From Owenia fusiformis (taxonomy: Eukaryota), in contig CAIIXF020000001.1 in assembly GCA_903813345.2 (NCBI GenBank), forward strand, positions 9,982,001 through 10,046,000: DNA of 64,000 nucleotides. Reading direction: 5' to 3'. The position numbers were made by a program, and so were the translations under genes. The notes under the pieces are model-generated. The model saw nothing but the letters and a program-made list of their open reading frames with translations. It searched no databases and was not told the DNA's origin. Shown piece by piece: positions 51,523-64,000 of this stretch; positions within the stretch are counted from its first letter, which is position 1; each line of letters opens with the position of its first letter.

Positions 51523-52070
51523 GTAGTCTAGTTACAAGCTTTTGTGACCCCCCCCCTGCTACAGTACTACAATAACCCAGATGCGAGTAGAAATAATTTT
51601 GATTTACATCGTTAAAAATTCAAAATTCAGTCAAAGTAATATCATATTTGAAATCTACATCTAAAATTACATCTAGAAATGTGGTTTTAAAAAGTGTTAA
51701 TCAACTTTGAAAAATTAATTTTCTTTGAAAATGTGACTTCTAGCTCAGGGAGATTCCCCATAGACCCCATGCTATAAAATCACTAAAAATTTTCTTTTCT
51801 TTTAGTGGACAGATAATATTTTGCTTTACTGGACATATTTTCATTAGTATAAGTATCAGACGCATGAAAATTGAGCCACTTAAGTTGATAATATTCAAGT
51901 TTAAGGGAACTTTCTTGTATACCTGCCATGTTAATTGACCCGAATCAGCCATCTGGTGGTGAAACTGGTAACTACCTACTCGCATTTGGGTAATTGTGTC
52001 AGAAGGTGTATTGTCAACTAGAATGCTAGAGGGGGGGGGGGGGTCACGGGGTTTTGCAGCTCGACTACTG
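51523..52070. mobile_element. Degenerate TIR element; its interior recurs at ~55030-55400
   Basis: GTAGTCTAGTTACAA..GTGACCCCCCC / GGGGGGGTCAC..TTGCAGCTCGACTAC; shared AATTCAGTCAAAGT-ATGTCATATTT...GATTCCCCATAGA block. Confidence 0.55.
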
Positions 52071-52785
52071 AGAGTGAATAAGGAGTGAAAACCCATTGAT
52101 TAGAATGTTGCGGGGATGTTAGTTTGCATTGAATCCTAGAGCAGTTTACTTTTGGTTGGCCATCTTGAATTCTCATACCCCTTTTGGAAATGTTTTTTGT
52201 TTATTGTCATATACTTCACCCCAGATGGTGATGTTTGATGGGAGGGGGCACACAAGCTTAGCTCCAAGCCATTTCAGACTGGTACTCTCCCAGCAACATG
52301 GTGTTACTGCTAAAAAAGCACCATTCTTAAATGGCATGAAGCAGCCCTTATAACCCTCCCCTCAACCATCTATTATGGAGAGTAGTAGGACCACTAACTT
52401 GGCACTAGTTACCAAGCTGACATCTTATAGGTATATTTTCAACATACAATATATTCCAATACACTATATAAATGGAAGCTATCATATTCATACACATAAA
52501 CAAGTAATATTAGTTTTGTATCTTTATGGCCCATTGATGTCTCAGAGTCAGATAAATATCTTGGATTTTGTATTGACATTGCAATTGGCATCCTATCTTT
52601 ATTTGTTTCCTTGTGACAGGTTATCACAATTGTGGCTTCAGTTGACTTTGCAGATAAAGTTAAATGTGATACTTCCAAAATATTTCCATCCTGGTGTAGT
52701 TGTATACCAGGTTGTATACCACCAAGAGATAAGACAATTTGCCCGAAAGTTCTTTCAAAATCATGCTTTTCACCATTCTGAGCAC

Positions 52786-54914
52786 TTAAAGGCCCCATGT
52801 AAAGTTTAAACCACTTTGGCTTATATTGTAGTCTTAACCAATGTTATCAAAGTGTGATATGTGAAACTTTTTTTTTAAATTTAAAAAAGTGGTTTTTGAT
52901 AGACTTTTTGTTCCAAATTTGTGAATTTATTTCAAACCAACTTTTAGAAGTCACTCATACCTTCTAATTAGCCACAATTCATACCAATGCATAGCATTCA
53001 TCCTCACATGTTTTTTGCCGAAAAAATTAAGTAAATCGGTTCATAAATAAGCGAGAAATGAACTTATCAGTGCATGAAAATGGTTCTGAGAAAAATGCAT
53101 AAACCAATGGTACAATGATATCTAAAACATAATTTATTCTTCCTTTAAATCTAGTTAGACAATCAACATTGGTTTTTATCCCATCGAACGAAGTTCGGAG
53201 GGATATAGGGAACGCCTCCGTCCGTCCGTACGTACGTCCGTACGTCCGTCCGTCCGTCCGTCCGTCTGTCCGTCCGTCCGGGCAATAACTCAAATACCGT
53301 TGGCCCGATTTTGTTCATATTTCGTACACATATACCCTATTGGGGTAGAAGTTCTGCTCGAAAGCCGATTTTCAAAATGGCCGCTCATTTCAAAATGGCG
53401 GCCATTTTAGTGACGATTTTACAGTAATTTAGGTGCAATATGTAAAACTGTAATAGCAATATGTTTTAAATGTAAAAAAAATTATAAAGGACATTAATAA
53501 TGCTACAAATGTAGATATTAAAAAGCACATGGCAGCCATCTTGAAAAATGGCGGCCTTTACTCGTCATTTTACGATTTTTGCTGTAACTCTAAAAATAGT
53601 GGAGTGATTTTGTTCATATTTGGTGTGTGAATACTATAAGCATTGCACACTGTCTAATGACACTTTTGGTAGAAGGCGGCCATTTTGAAAAATGGCCGCC
53701 ATTTTAACATATTTTACTATAACTCGAAAAGTAATGGAGCGATTTTGTTCATATTTGGTATGTGAATACTATAAGCATGGCACACTGTCCTATGACACTT
53801 TTGGTAGAAGGCGGCCATTTTGAAAAATGGCCGCCATTTTAATGTATTTTACTATAACTCGAAAAGTAGTGGAGCGATTTTGATCATATTTGGTATGTGA
53901 ATACTATAAGCATGGCACACTGTCCTATGACACTTTTGGTAGAAGGCGGCCATTTTGAAAACAATTTTGAAAAATGGCCGCCATTTTAACGTATTTTACT
54001 AATACTTGAAAAGTAGTGGAGCGATTTTGTTCATATTTGGTATGTGAATACTATAAGCATGGAACACCGTCTATTTCTAATGACGCTTTTGGTAGAAGGT
54101 GGCCATTTTGAAAAATGGCCACCATTTTAACGTATTTTACTATAACTCGAAAAGTAGTGGAGCGATTTTGTTCATATTTGATATGTGAATACTTTAAGCA
54201 TGGCACATTGTCTAATAAAACTTTGGGGAGTAGTCGGCCATTTTGAAAAATGGCCACCATTTTTACATGTGTTATTTTACAAGTACGTGTGCGATTTTTC
54301 AAAAATTTTTAGAGGTGGCTACTTAAAAGCATATTATTTCTTCTGATGACAACTTGGCTAGTGAGCAACCATTTTGAAAATGGTGGCCTTTCTGGTGTGT
54401 TGTTTTATGATATTTGCGCTTCGTTTGTAAAAATGCCAGCCATTTCTGTTCGATGGGATTCGCTACGCTTTGGCGTTGCCGTTGTTTTATAAAAGTCTAA
54501 CATATTTAGAAAAGATTGACATCGAAAAATTTTTTTAAAATTTTTTTCAAAAAGTTTTTGTTACCTTAGTGACATCACTAATGTTTCAAAATATTTTTGA
54601 TATGTTAAAACATTGAAGTGGCCCATTAAATATGGCATTTTATTATTGAAATAGTGTGTCCTTTGTTCAACCTTTGTATTGGTGTTAAAAAGATAATCTT
54701 TTTTGAAATGCATTAAGAAATATTTGATGATTAAGAAATTTCAACTTTTTTTGAAAAATGGCGGGAAATTTGAATATTTGAGAAATGAAATGCTCACAAC
54801 TTTTTTTTCAAAATATTTTTTTTGTTCAAAAATCTCTAAAATCACTTTTTAAGTCCTGACAAATAGTAAACGAATGATAAAAAAATATTTTCAAACTTTA
54901 GACGGGGACTTTAA
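52786..54914. mobile_element. TTAA-flanked (Kolobok-like) non-autonomous element containing a nested Helentron-like insert
   Basis: TTAA-AGGCCCCATGTAAAGTTT ... AAACTTTAGACGGGGACT-TTAA. Confidence 0.55.
53174..54488 (+). mobile_element. Helentron/DINE-like element with a ~112-bp tandem array; truncated second copy at ~62551-62915
   Basis: Subterminal IR ATCCCATCGAA / TTCGATGGGAT; (GTCC)n tract at 53215-53280; ~5-6 units containing GGCGGCCATTTTGAAAAATGGCCGCC. Confidence 0.8.
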
Positions 54915-56319
54915 AGTTATTTTGGGACAAAATTTTCAAATATGAACAGGTGAATCCCCCCCTGGAATTTTATGAAAAGCGAACCACTTGGCAAAAGTCG
55001 GCTAGAGGCCTATAAGTTGCAAAAGTCAATAGACTAGATGCAAGTATAAATAATCTTGATTTATGTTATTAAATATTCAGAATTCAGTCAAAGTGATGTC
55101 ATATTTTAAATCTACATGTAAAAGTACGTCTAAAAATATGGTTCTGAAAATTGTTGATCAACTTTGAAAATTTAATTTTTTTTTTTAAATGTGACTTCTA
55201 GTTCGGGAAGATTCCCCATAGATCCCATGTTATAAAAATTGGAATACATTTTCTTGTATTGGACAGATAGCATTTTCGGACATATTTTGATTTGCATAAC
55301 CATGAGATACATATGGGTGACATGAAAATTGAACCACTAAAACAGATGAATATTTAAGTTAAATGGAACTTTCTACAATTCCCGCCATGCTATCTGACCT
55401 GAACGAGCTAACATAACCGAAAAATGTACATAATATTCCTTTTCTGTGAAAATATTTTGACATCTTACTGTTGGCCACTATTAAAATAAAAAAAGTCAAT
55501 TTGGCCATGTATTCCCGGGTAGTCACCATGCAGCCATAAGATAATTTTCTACTGAACGAAAATAATATTTAACTTTACCGCCGCTTGATTCTTCATTGCC
55601 ATAAGCTTCCGACACAGAATATAATTTACAACATTTTTATCGCAATTTATTACATCTTATCTACTTAATCAAAAATAATAGTGTAGACTCCTTAAATTTG
55701 CTATAGAGTTTCTGTGTATATTCACGGCTCTCTTGTTTTAATTGGAATAAAAAAACAAATAGTTCTAGGGCGTAATAATCTGTCAATTCCACGTGCGGCC
55801 ATTGAAATCCAGGTCGAAGGTAACTATGTCTCTTCATGTTATTCGTATATAATTCACATACTGATTTACTGTGTCAATTATTCCATCTCTTGCACACTGC
55901 TAAGTTACTTCAGCCTTTCTTTGATTTTCAATTGCGAGGAATACTGTCACCGTTTACCTAGGAAAACAAAATCTCGTGTCGAGCTCAAAATTTCGAAGCC
56001 AGATCTGAGGCTCAGCTGTTGCAGGTTTATTTACTCAATCTCAAGATAATGATTCAGAATAAGAGGTACATAGGAAACAGGTTATCTGAAAAAAGGATAG
56101 ATATTATCTCTTCTTAGAGAAGGACTGTTAGAGAGGTAATGGACTACACTGGCTGAAATGGCTCTGAAATGACAATTGCATCAGGGTGCATTTTTTACCT
56201 GATTAGATCTAGTTTAGTCATATAAATCTGACCCTCGTATGATGTTATTTGTTGTTATTTTTTCTGATTTGGATATTTATTTTTTCTTATTTTCTTGCAT
56301 ACAAGGGTCATACACACTC

Positions 56320-56960
56320 CGCGCATCTAAATTGCGGGAAATGCTTTCCTGGCCTGTCTACCCAACCAAATTCACTCAAATGATAAATAAATGTCTTTGC
56401 TTCAACTATAAAGTATTTAATCTTACCTTAGACACGTAAAACGCTTGGTAATTGAAGAAATATAAGCATGCCGCTTGAATTTTAAAAATTTTTCATTTTG
56501 CCATGCCAAGGTCACTTCCGGGTTAATCTGAGTCTAGATGTAAAACTATATCAAACGAAATCATAAGTACTTGTTACACGAAGATTCAGTTGAAAGGGAA
56601 GCAGTGTCGTTAAGAAGGGAAGTTATTTGGAAAAGTTATTGTTTCAAAATGATAAAAGTAATAAGTATAAGAGAACGGCTTTGGAATCGATGTCTGTGTA
56701 ATAAATAATTATGATTCCGTTTCAATACATGTTTTACATTTAGACTACCGGAAACAGCATTCAGCAACATGGCGGGCGATAATGAAAATATAATTCAATT
56801 GATCATATTTCGTCAATTATCAAGCGTTTTACATGTCTAAGGTAAGATTTAACACTTTAATGTTGGAACTAAATAATTACTCGATAATTTGTGTGACTTT
56901 GGTTAGTATGGTAACTATGGTTACCGAGACAGGCCAGAAAAGCGTTTACCGCAATTTGTT
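56320..56960. repeat. Degenerate long inverted repeat (arms ~56320-56550 and ~56725-56960)
   Basis: AATCTTACCTTAGACACGTAAAACGCTTGGTAATTGA is mirrored by TCAATTATCAAGCGTTTTACATGTCTAAGGTAAGATT. Confidence 0.65.
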
Positions 56961-57102
56961 CCATATAATATCTACGACGGTGTATGCAAAGAAAATGATA
57001 AAAAATAAATATCCAAATAAGAACAAGGAATATCGAAGAACAGCATACAACGGTCGGATTTATATGACTAATCTAGTTCAACGTCGTTAAACTCAATAAC
57101 GG

Positions 57103-58343
57103 CAGCGTTTTCAATAGGGACTATGAAAAGTGAGTCCCGGGGACCCAGTGTTATAAAAATTTGGGGTCCCTCCCAAAAAAAGTGGGTCCCAATTGAAAAA
57201 AAGAGAAACACTTAATACACATGTATTCTTTATGTTGCTTAATCATGTTTTTATTGCATGTATTTAGACCCTGGGGTCAGATTGTACAAGTGTCAATGAT
57301 GAAGAAGTAACGTTTATACACAAGGCGTTACAGAATGTCACATCCAAGGCCATTTGAAAGTCTTTGCACCCATTTGGGCTGGTGAAAATGTTCCTCTTTC
57401 CAGCCCTGATGCATAAACTGCACCGCATTCCTTGGCCTGCAACATACTGCAGCCAGGGGTATGTGTTTTCCCATTCTGGGAGGTACCTCTTAACTTTAGG
57501 AGGGCGTGGCATGATAATACCCTTTACCTCGTGACTTTATGATTCAATTAATAATACTCAGATTCTATCCTAAAATTAAAAATTATTTGCAAAAACATTA
57601 ATTATATAGACCCAATTGACCCAATTCATGCAAGCGAAGCGAACTCTAAAGACATGAAAGAGGGGCCTGAGCCTCCCCACAGAAATTTTCTATATTTATA
57701 CCTTCAAAATTGAGCAATCTAAGCATTTCCAGGAAGTCTTTCAACAGCTTGCCTTGATGCATTTCTAAATTTCAATTTTAATATTCTCACATTTTGTATA
57801 TCCTAAATAATCATCATATTTAATCCCATGTCGAATTCTAAACCCCAGTCAATGCAATTCAATGTAATCATAGCTGTATATCTGAATATAGATGGCACGT
57901 GTGTAGACTGATTTCTCTAAGCAAAAAACTAACTATAAAATCCAAAAGATGGCAGTGTTTATATCACTTCTCACATTGAAATCTTTTTGCAAAGCCGGCC
58001 ACATTTTGACCAAAATGTACCGGTTTTATCATATTGTTTCAGCAAAATAAGTATTATTAAGGTAAGTTATACTATATTTTTTAAGTTCAAGTTGTATAAG
58101 CTTGATTTATTGGGTTAAACTTGGAGGAAATGCCGTTTGACCTAAAATAATTTACTTTCTATTTTTTTCATTCGACAATTTTATTTCTGATATGTTTTCG
58201 CCAATTAGGGACGTTTTTCATAACATTTGTTTGCAACCTATGGTGAGTAATGCGTCCCAAGAACGCACCAACAATTTTTTTCTGCGTCCATGACTATTTA
58301 TTTACGTCCTCATAATGGGAGGACGGCGTTGTTAAAAACCCAG
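57103..58343 (-). mobile_element. hAT deletion derivative with a TTF/C17orf113-type zinc-finger remnant (ORF 57264-57512)
   Basis: ATAACGG direct repeats flank imperfect TIRs CAGCGTTTTCAA / TTAAAAACCCAG; ORF reads RYLPEWENTYPWLQY...MRCSLC...NIFT...GC. Confidence 0.75.
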
Positions 58344-59494
58344 ATAACGGCGTTCTTTATTATTAGGAATTTTCTTGGGGCCATTATTGAGTTTAACCTC
58401 CTTACTATTCTTTCCTTTGATGCAAGTTCTAAATCCATCGAAACCATTTTTCCGCGATAACGTGCAACTGATACTTGACAATACTATAAAAACACATAAC
58501 ATCAAGCGATTTAACACAATATTATTGTGTTAAATGTTCATTTATACGAGTAAAATGAGGCTACACTTACCAATCTCTAAAGTGACATTTTCGCATGTCC
58601 GTCATTGTGTCTGTTCGTCTGAGTGTCCCGGATCGTAAAATTAAACTACCAGCGAAACGAAATTGTTGTCAAATAGATTGATAATCATTATCGCGATTAT
58701 TCGGGATAAAAATATCAATTTTGAGGATAACATGTATCTTTGATTAATTTATATAGCGCGTATATACACGCAAAATAGTTATTAATTGCAAACCAACTGT
58801 TCGTTAATGCAGTGCCGTGATGACGGTTAATTCCTGAAACGATTTGCAATTTCTATGTTACCGAAACTGACCGACATTTTCGTCATATTCCAAACCTGTC
58901 TCCAATATTTTCGTAATTATGCATCAATAGGGTCTAAGGGGGATACGGGACGGGGTGTATGTGTTTATAAGGTATGTATGCATGCTTGAATCACATTCTT
59001 TGTGTAATATTGCCATGTTTTCAGGGTTCAGTTAGTTCCGCTTGTCGAAACCTGCTGAACGATTAAATTAACGCATCAAAGGCAAAATGGTCATGGAGGT
59101 TAGACCTAGTCGGGCCATAACACATGTCAGATAAGAAACGAGGCCCGGGCTAGGTCTAATGTTGTTGGACTAGATTAGATCTAGATACCAATGGTTCTGG
59201 AAAGAGGATAGTCCTATTTAATCCAGATCATGTTTTTGTTTCACATAGCTGATGCGAAACAATCTAATCAGAGAGAAAGCGCTCCCCCCGTTGGCTCTGT
59301 GTTTCATCAGTCATCATTGTTCTATATTACTGAACACAGCTGGCTCAAAAGCCAGCTGACAAACCGTTATAAACCGTCTTGTGAAGCGGTTTTCTCCACT
59401 TTCCAGCAGGCGCAATGGAATAAGAAAAGGTATTGAAAAAGATAATTGAATGTAACTTGCCCTTTTCATGACGCATGGGCACGCATGCACACCA

Positions 59495-60486
59495 TTTTTG
59501 GCTCACACAGTGAGCCTATGGGATTGACCAGGCGTCCGTCCGTCCGTCTGTCCGTCCGTTGGTCCGTCCGTCAACATTGGCCGCACAAATTAAAACTGCT
59601 ATTCGGATTGAGTCCTATCCACATTCATTTTATGCATATCCATAATGCCTATTTGACCTATCATCGCCATTTCCCAAGTTCGCCCGGTTTCCGAGAAATT
59701 GCGGATTTTGCCGTCAAAAAGTCAAATTTTCTGTAAATACTAGACACTTTGTTGAAGTAGAACTTTCAAATACCTTTTAGTAGTTGGTGTATATGCAACT
59801 TATGTCCTCTGAAGATTTCAAAGCTCTTGGAATTACGATTTTTGGTGTTTACTCTATAAAATTTGAAAAAAAGTAGGACTTGGTTATTTTCAGGAAACTT
59901 TCTCATGTATAAAGTCAATGGCAGGTTTTGTGATTGACAAGATTCTTAAAGTTTGCCTTATACTTGATCATTTCCTGCAATAAATTACATCATTAATAGA
60001 TTTAAGCATTCCCTACATATTTCTCAATATATGTCAGCATCAAATAATATTTTTACCGTTTTTGAGATATTTGACGTCAAAAAACAGTAAAAAGAAGTTA
60101 TTTTTCAACTTGCTTCAATTTGACCAAATTTTTTTTTGAAAATCATCTACAAGTTACCAGGAGTTTAAATCTGACATTAGTTTTAGGATTTGACCTTTAC
60201 TTGACCTTCAGTGACCTTCGAAAGGTCAAAAAAGTTGATTTTTCAAATTGATTTTTGGATGTAAATTTTGGTCAGCTTAATCACAAAAGTCCTTACTGAG
60301 CTCTGAATAAGTAAAATTTTCAAGGTCAAAGGTCATCAAACTAGGTCACACAACTATGCTATCTAAGTTTCTCAAAGTTCGAGACTACAAATCCAAATCA
60401 ATATTTTTGTTTGAAAGTCAGGATATAAATTCCTCTGAAGGTTCCAAACTGTGTGAGCATAGGACCGTGGGTCCTTCATTTAACTT
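59495..60486 (+). mobile_element. Helentron/DINE-like element with 43879-type termini
   Basis: TTTTTGGCTCACACAGTGAGCC hairpin; (GTCC)n; 3' TGTGTGAGC plus AGGACC-GTG-GGTCCT hairpin. Confidence 0.75.
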
Positions 60487-60879
60487 TTTACGCATGCATG
60501 CACATTGTATTTTTTATGCGCATGGGTATTACCGCTGAAAAATCACGTGACTATATCATATTTAGCTAACTCGAGTGATTTTGTAGCAAATTTTTACTTT
60601 CGAAAGTCACGAGATCTCATGAGACCTAAAATGGCTGGAATCTAAATTCAAAAGTTTTGTTGTCTAATAGAACATTGATTTACTACAACAACAGACTGTT
60701 GAAGGAACAAAATAAGGTAACAACAAATAAATTATGTATTGATTCAAATATATAGCGTATTATAAACGCTACTCAGCACAGCGTTTAGTCAAAATGGGCT
60801 CGATTTATTCTTTTCAAGTACACATACATCCAACTTTCCATAGCTGACTTCTATCAGCACGGTAAAGTAAGTTCTATAT

Positions 60880-62260
60880 ATGAACATCTTCTTCAGGAAG
60901 CTGTCAATCTCTCTCTTGAACTGATTTGTAGTTTCACAATCAATTTATATGTTGGGGTAGTGGATTCCAGCTTTGTACTTGTTATGTATTTAAGGTTTGT
61001 AATAGAGAGATTTAAGGTTCAGCTGGAAAGTAACATTTTGGTAAAGAATTGCTATACCTGCACATGTTATTTTCTGTTGCAAAATTAAGTATGAAGGCAT
61101 GTGTGTATTTCCTTGCTTTTTTCAGGAAAGTATCATTACACTGTCTACTTTTAGTAAACCTGGAAACAGGTCAATGGTAGCTCCTGTGTTGTCTGGAAAA
61201 TTTGAAAGAAAATTTGGAAAATTGGAAGTGTGAAATATCAGAATTTCCTGGAGTTCCCATTGATCTCCTACCAGATATTCTAAAAGAACACAATGTAATA
61301 ATACTTTCCTGAAAAAAGCAAGGAAATTGACACATGCTTTCATACTTTATTTTGCACCAGAAAATAAAATGTGCAGGTATACCAATTTTTTACCAAAATG
61401 TTATTTTCCAGCTGTACCTAAGGTCAGCACATTAGTGACGTCATCATCACCTGCTAAGGTCATGTTAACTCTTTTAGTACTACATAGCTGTACACAGCTT
61501 AACACTTCATAGGCTAGAATATATATTCTGTTTCCAAAGCAATTCTTGCATAGGGTCAATACAACCCACGTGCGATTTGTTTTGGTCATGGTATAGGAAA
61601 AGTAGTACTTAAAACACTAGTTTGCTACTTTGTAGATGTATGGCACGTATATGTGTACATGCATTGACAATTAATGTTTGGTAATAGCTAGTAGGAGTGT
61701 CAGGGACCGCTGACAGATTATAATTTTGAACCAAAAATTTGAATTATATTTTTGGCGGTCTCAGTAAATCAATGAGGTAATCAGCTCCTACATGCTTTTT
61801 ATCAGGCCCAGAAATCAATGCTCGCTTATAAATGTAGCAAAATCTTACCATATAACCGAACGGGAAGTTTTTGAATAGGACTACATGATCTGAATGGATG
61901 CGAGGATTCGATGGGCTGGGATTTGAGAAATTATGATTTGAACTTTGCCAATTTTACATGTATTCCAATGGGTGAAAAAGTAAGTTGCTTTCTACCATAG
62001 GTTAAGTCTACTATGCCTATGCTGTAGTTTTTTGTGTGGCCTCTTGTTTGTGTATTGGTTGAGATCTTTGCAATGTCGTTAATGTCTAATCTGTCTAGTC
62101 CCTTAGTGATTTTGAACATCTGTATGAGGTCCCCTCATCTTCTACGATACTGGAGTGATGGAATCCTCAGTGCTCTCATACGTTGCTCATAGCTCAAGTT
62201 TTTTAAACTAGGGACAAGTTTAGTTCCTCTCCTTTTTACTTTCTCTACCATATCCTGATC
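60880..62260 (-). pseudogene. Fragmented CR1-like LINE 3' end (pieces at ~61990-62260 and ~60880-60980) split by later insertions
   Basis: Minus strand encodes TKLVPSLKNLSYEQRMRALRIPSLQYRR..GDLIQMFKITKG..TRGH and, further on, WNPLP...TTNQFKREIDSFL with frameshifts. Confidence 0.75.
61015..61420. mobile_element. Palindromic MITE (Kolobok-like); partial second copy at ~62918-63140
   Basis: TTAAGGTTCAGCTGGAAAGTAACATTTTGGTAAA ... TTTACCAAAATGTTATTTTCCAGCTGTACCTAA; arms ~160 bp. Confidence 0.75.
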
Positions 62261-64000
62261 AATGGTTCGTAATTTCGCTGCAACCATGGGCTTTCAATAG
62301 AAGGGTAGGCAACTTCCCATGTTTCATATAAAAGCCTTGTCTTAGGTTTTCAAAATTGGAGAAAAATGCTTCCTGTACACATTCCAAGGAAAATCTCATT
62401 TTGTGCTTTTCACATATGATTTTAATAACCCAAAAATAAAAACATGATTATCTGCATACATATTCAGTGATCTCGGGAAGCTTTTAGTCTAGTGTTCAAA
62501 CCTGATAGCGCCAGTCTCTTGTGCTAAGAATGAATGCCATCGGGATCTAATTATCCCATCATCGAACAAAGTTCGGAGGGATATAGGGAACACCTCCGTC
62601 CGTTCGTACATCCCTAGTACGTCCGTCTGTCCATCCGTCTGGGCAATAACTCAAATACCACTGGCCCGATTTTGTTCATATACCCAATGGGGATAGAAGT
62701 ACTGCTCGAAATCTGATTTTCAAAATGGCCGCTCAAAAAAAATTGCGGCCATTTTAGTGCCGATTTTACAGTTATTTAGGAACTGCATTTAAAACTGTAA
62801 TAGCAATATGTTTTAAATTTAAAAAAGTTATATAAAACATTGATTAAGCTACAAATGTAAATATAGAAGAAATACATGGCAGCCATCTTGAAAAATGGCT
62901 GCCTTTGCACGTCATTTTATTTCCTTGCTTTTTTCAGGAAAGTATTGTCTACTTTTAGTAAACCTGGAAACAGGTCAATGGTAGCTCCTGTGTTGTCTGA
63001 AAACTTTGAAAGAAAATTTGGAAAAATAGAAAGTGTGAAATATCAGAATTTCCTGGAGTTTCCATTGAACTCCTACCAGATATTCTAAAAGAAGACAATG
63101 TAATAATACTTTCTTGAAAAATGCAAGGAAATTGACACATTTCTCATTATTCTTACGACTTTTACATTGAAAATGATGATCTATCATTAAACAAATATCT
63201 TTATATAAAATTAGATCAATATCGGACCGTCTCTAGCGGTAATATTACAGATAATTGGGGAGAACATATCATTCAATTCGCGGGGCTCCACTAGGGATTT
63301 TTGCCATATTGTTTAGTTTAGGTATTTGATTTGGTTCATTTAGCAATCTTAACCGTAAACACAGTGTGGCAAATAAGAGGTCGCCAAACGCCAAAAACAG
63401 GGAGTGAAAAAAATTTGGCGATAGAAGTTGCGATCTATCTCAACAATTTCGGCGATGGATGTTAGAACTTCACAGTTTTTATCCCCGACATTCTTGAAAA
63501 ATGAAGTTTCATAGTTGATCCTATTCCCATTCACAAAGCTTTTTATTCTACCTAAAACATGATCAGAATAGAAGAACATAAAGCCACCTACCTTAGAGAA
63601 GAACAATTTGAAGTAAAATAGCCAGATAATCATCAGTATTTAGAAAAAAAACACTGAAAATCATCTAAATTTTGCCGTGAGCAGGCAGGAAGTTAGCCTA
63701 CTCAGAGGTAACAATTTTGGTATTGTATCTGTATTGATCGCACTGCCATCTTTATAACTTATGAAAAACTGTTGAAGTCAAGATTCATTTATACAACCAG
63801 ATACCTGTCTAGAACTCCTTGCACATTTGATTCCTTTATTTGTTTATCCTCATTAGACTAAAAAAAGTTCATGATGTTCATTTTAAAGAGGTTCAATTCA
63901 AAAAATGCTGCATTTTCAAAATATTGATCTCTCCAAACTCTGAAATAAAAGCTTCTTTGATGATACATACTCTAGCAGTATAGCCTAATAACACAATTTT

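Noticed and set aside
52129-52809. ORFs of 74-144 aa on both strands
   Set aside because: No motifs, no splice support, and located in a repeat-rich region.
55570-59100. Scattered exon-like segments with GT donors (e.g. minus strand ~58570-58600 and ~55960-56020)
   Set aside because: They could not be assembled into a consistent frame or a recognisable protein; probably a decayed transposon gene.
63349-63830. Possible minus-strand exons (GGFMFFYSDHVLG...)
   Set aside because: No recognisable family, the neighbouring candidate exon has stops in all three frames, and the ORF runs into TE-like sequence.

Overview
AT-rich, intron-containing animal DNA, most likely from a protostome/spiralian invertebrate judging by the intermediate-filament type and repeat families (inference). 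Three spliced genes and one single-exon gene could be reconstructed by hand. (1) The 3' part of a cytoplasmic intermediate filament gene with a lamin-tail domain (+, 62-7386), apparently missing one conserved coil-2 exon. (2) An orphan single-exon type I membrane protein (+, 9680-10195). (3) A stathmin gene (-, 16912-33987) with about four tubulin-binding repeats, two candidate first coding exons and a frame-preserving Cys-rich cassette exon. (4) A complete 13-exon selenoprotein O gene (+, 39838-50785). It has an in-frame UGA (Sec) at 50774 in an unusual R-V-T-U-S-S terminus and a canonical type II SECIS at about 51187-51249. Stathmin and SELENOO are head-to-head. Between them lie a 5'-truncated LINE and an 834-bp foldback element with CAC...GTG ends and a 5-bp TSD. 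The rest is dense with non-autonomous elements: Helentron/DINE-like elements carrying satellite arrays, and Tc1/pogo-, hAT- and Kolobok-like MITEs. All coordinates were read manually and no database searches were run.
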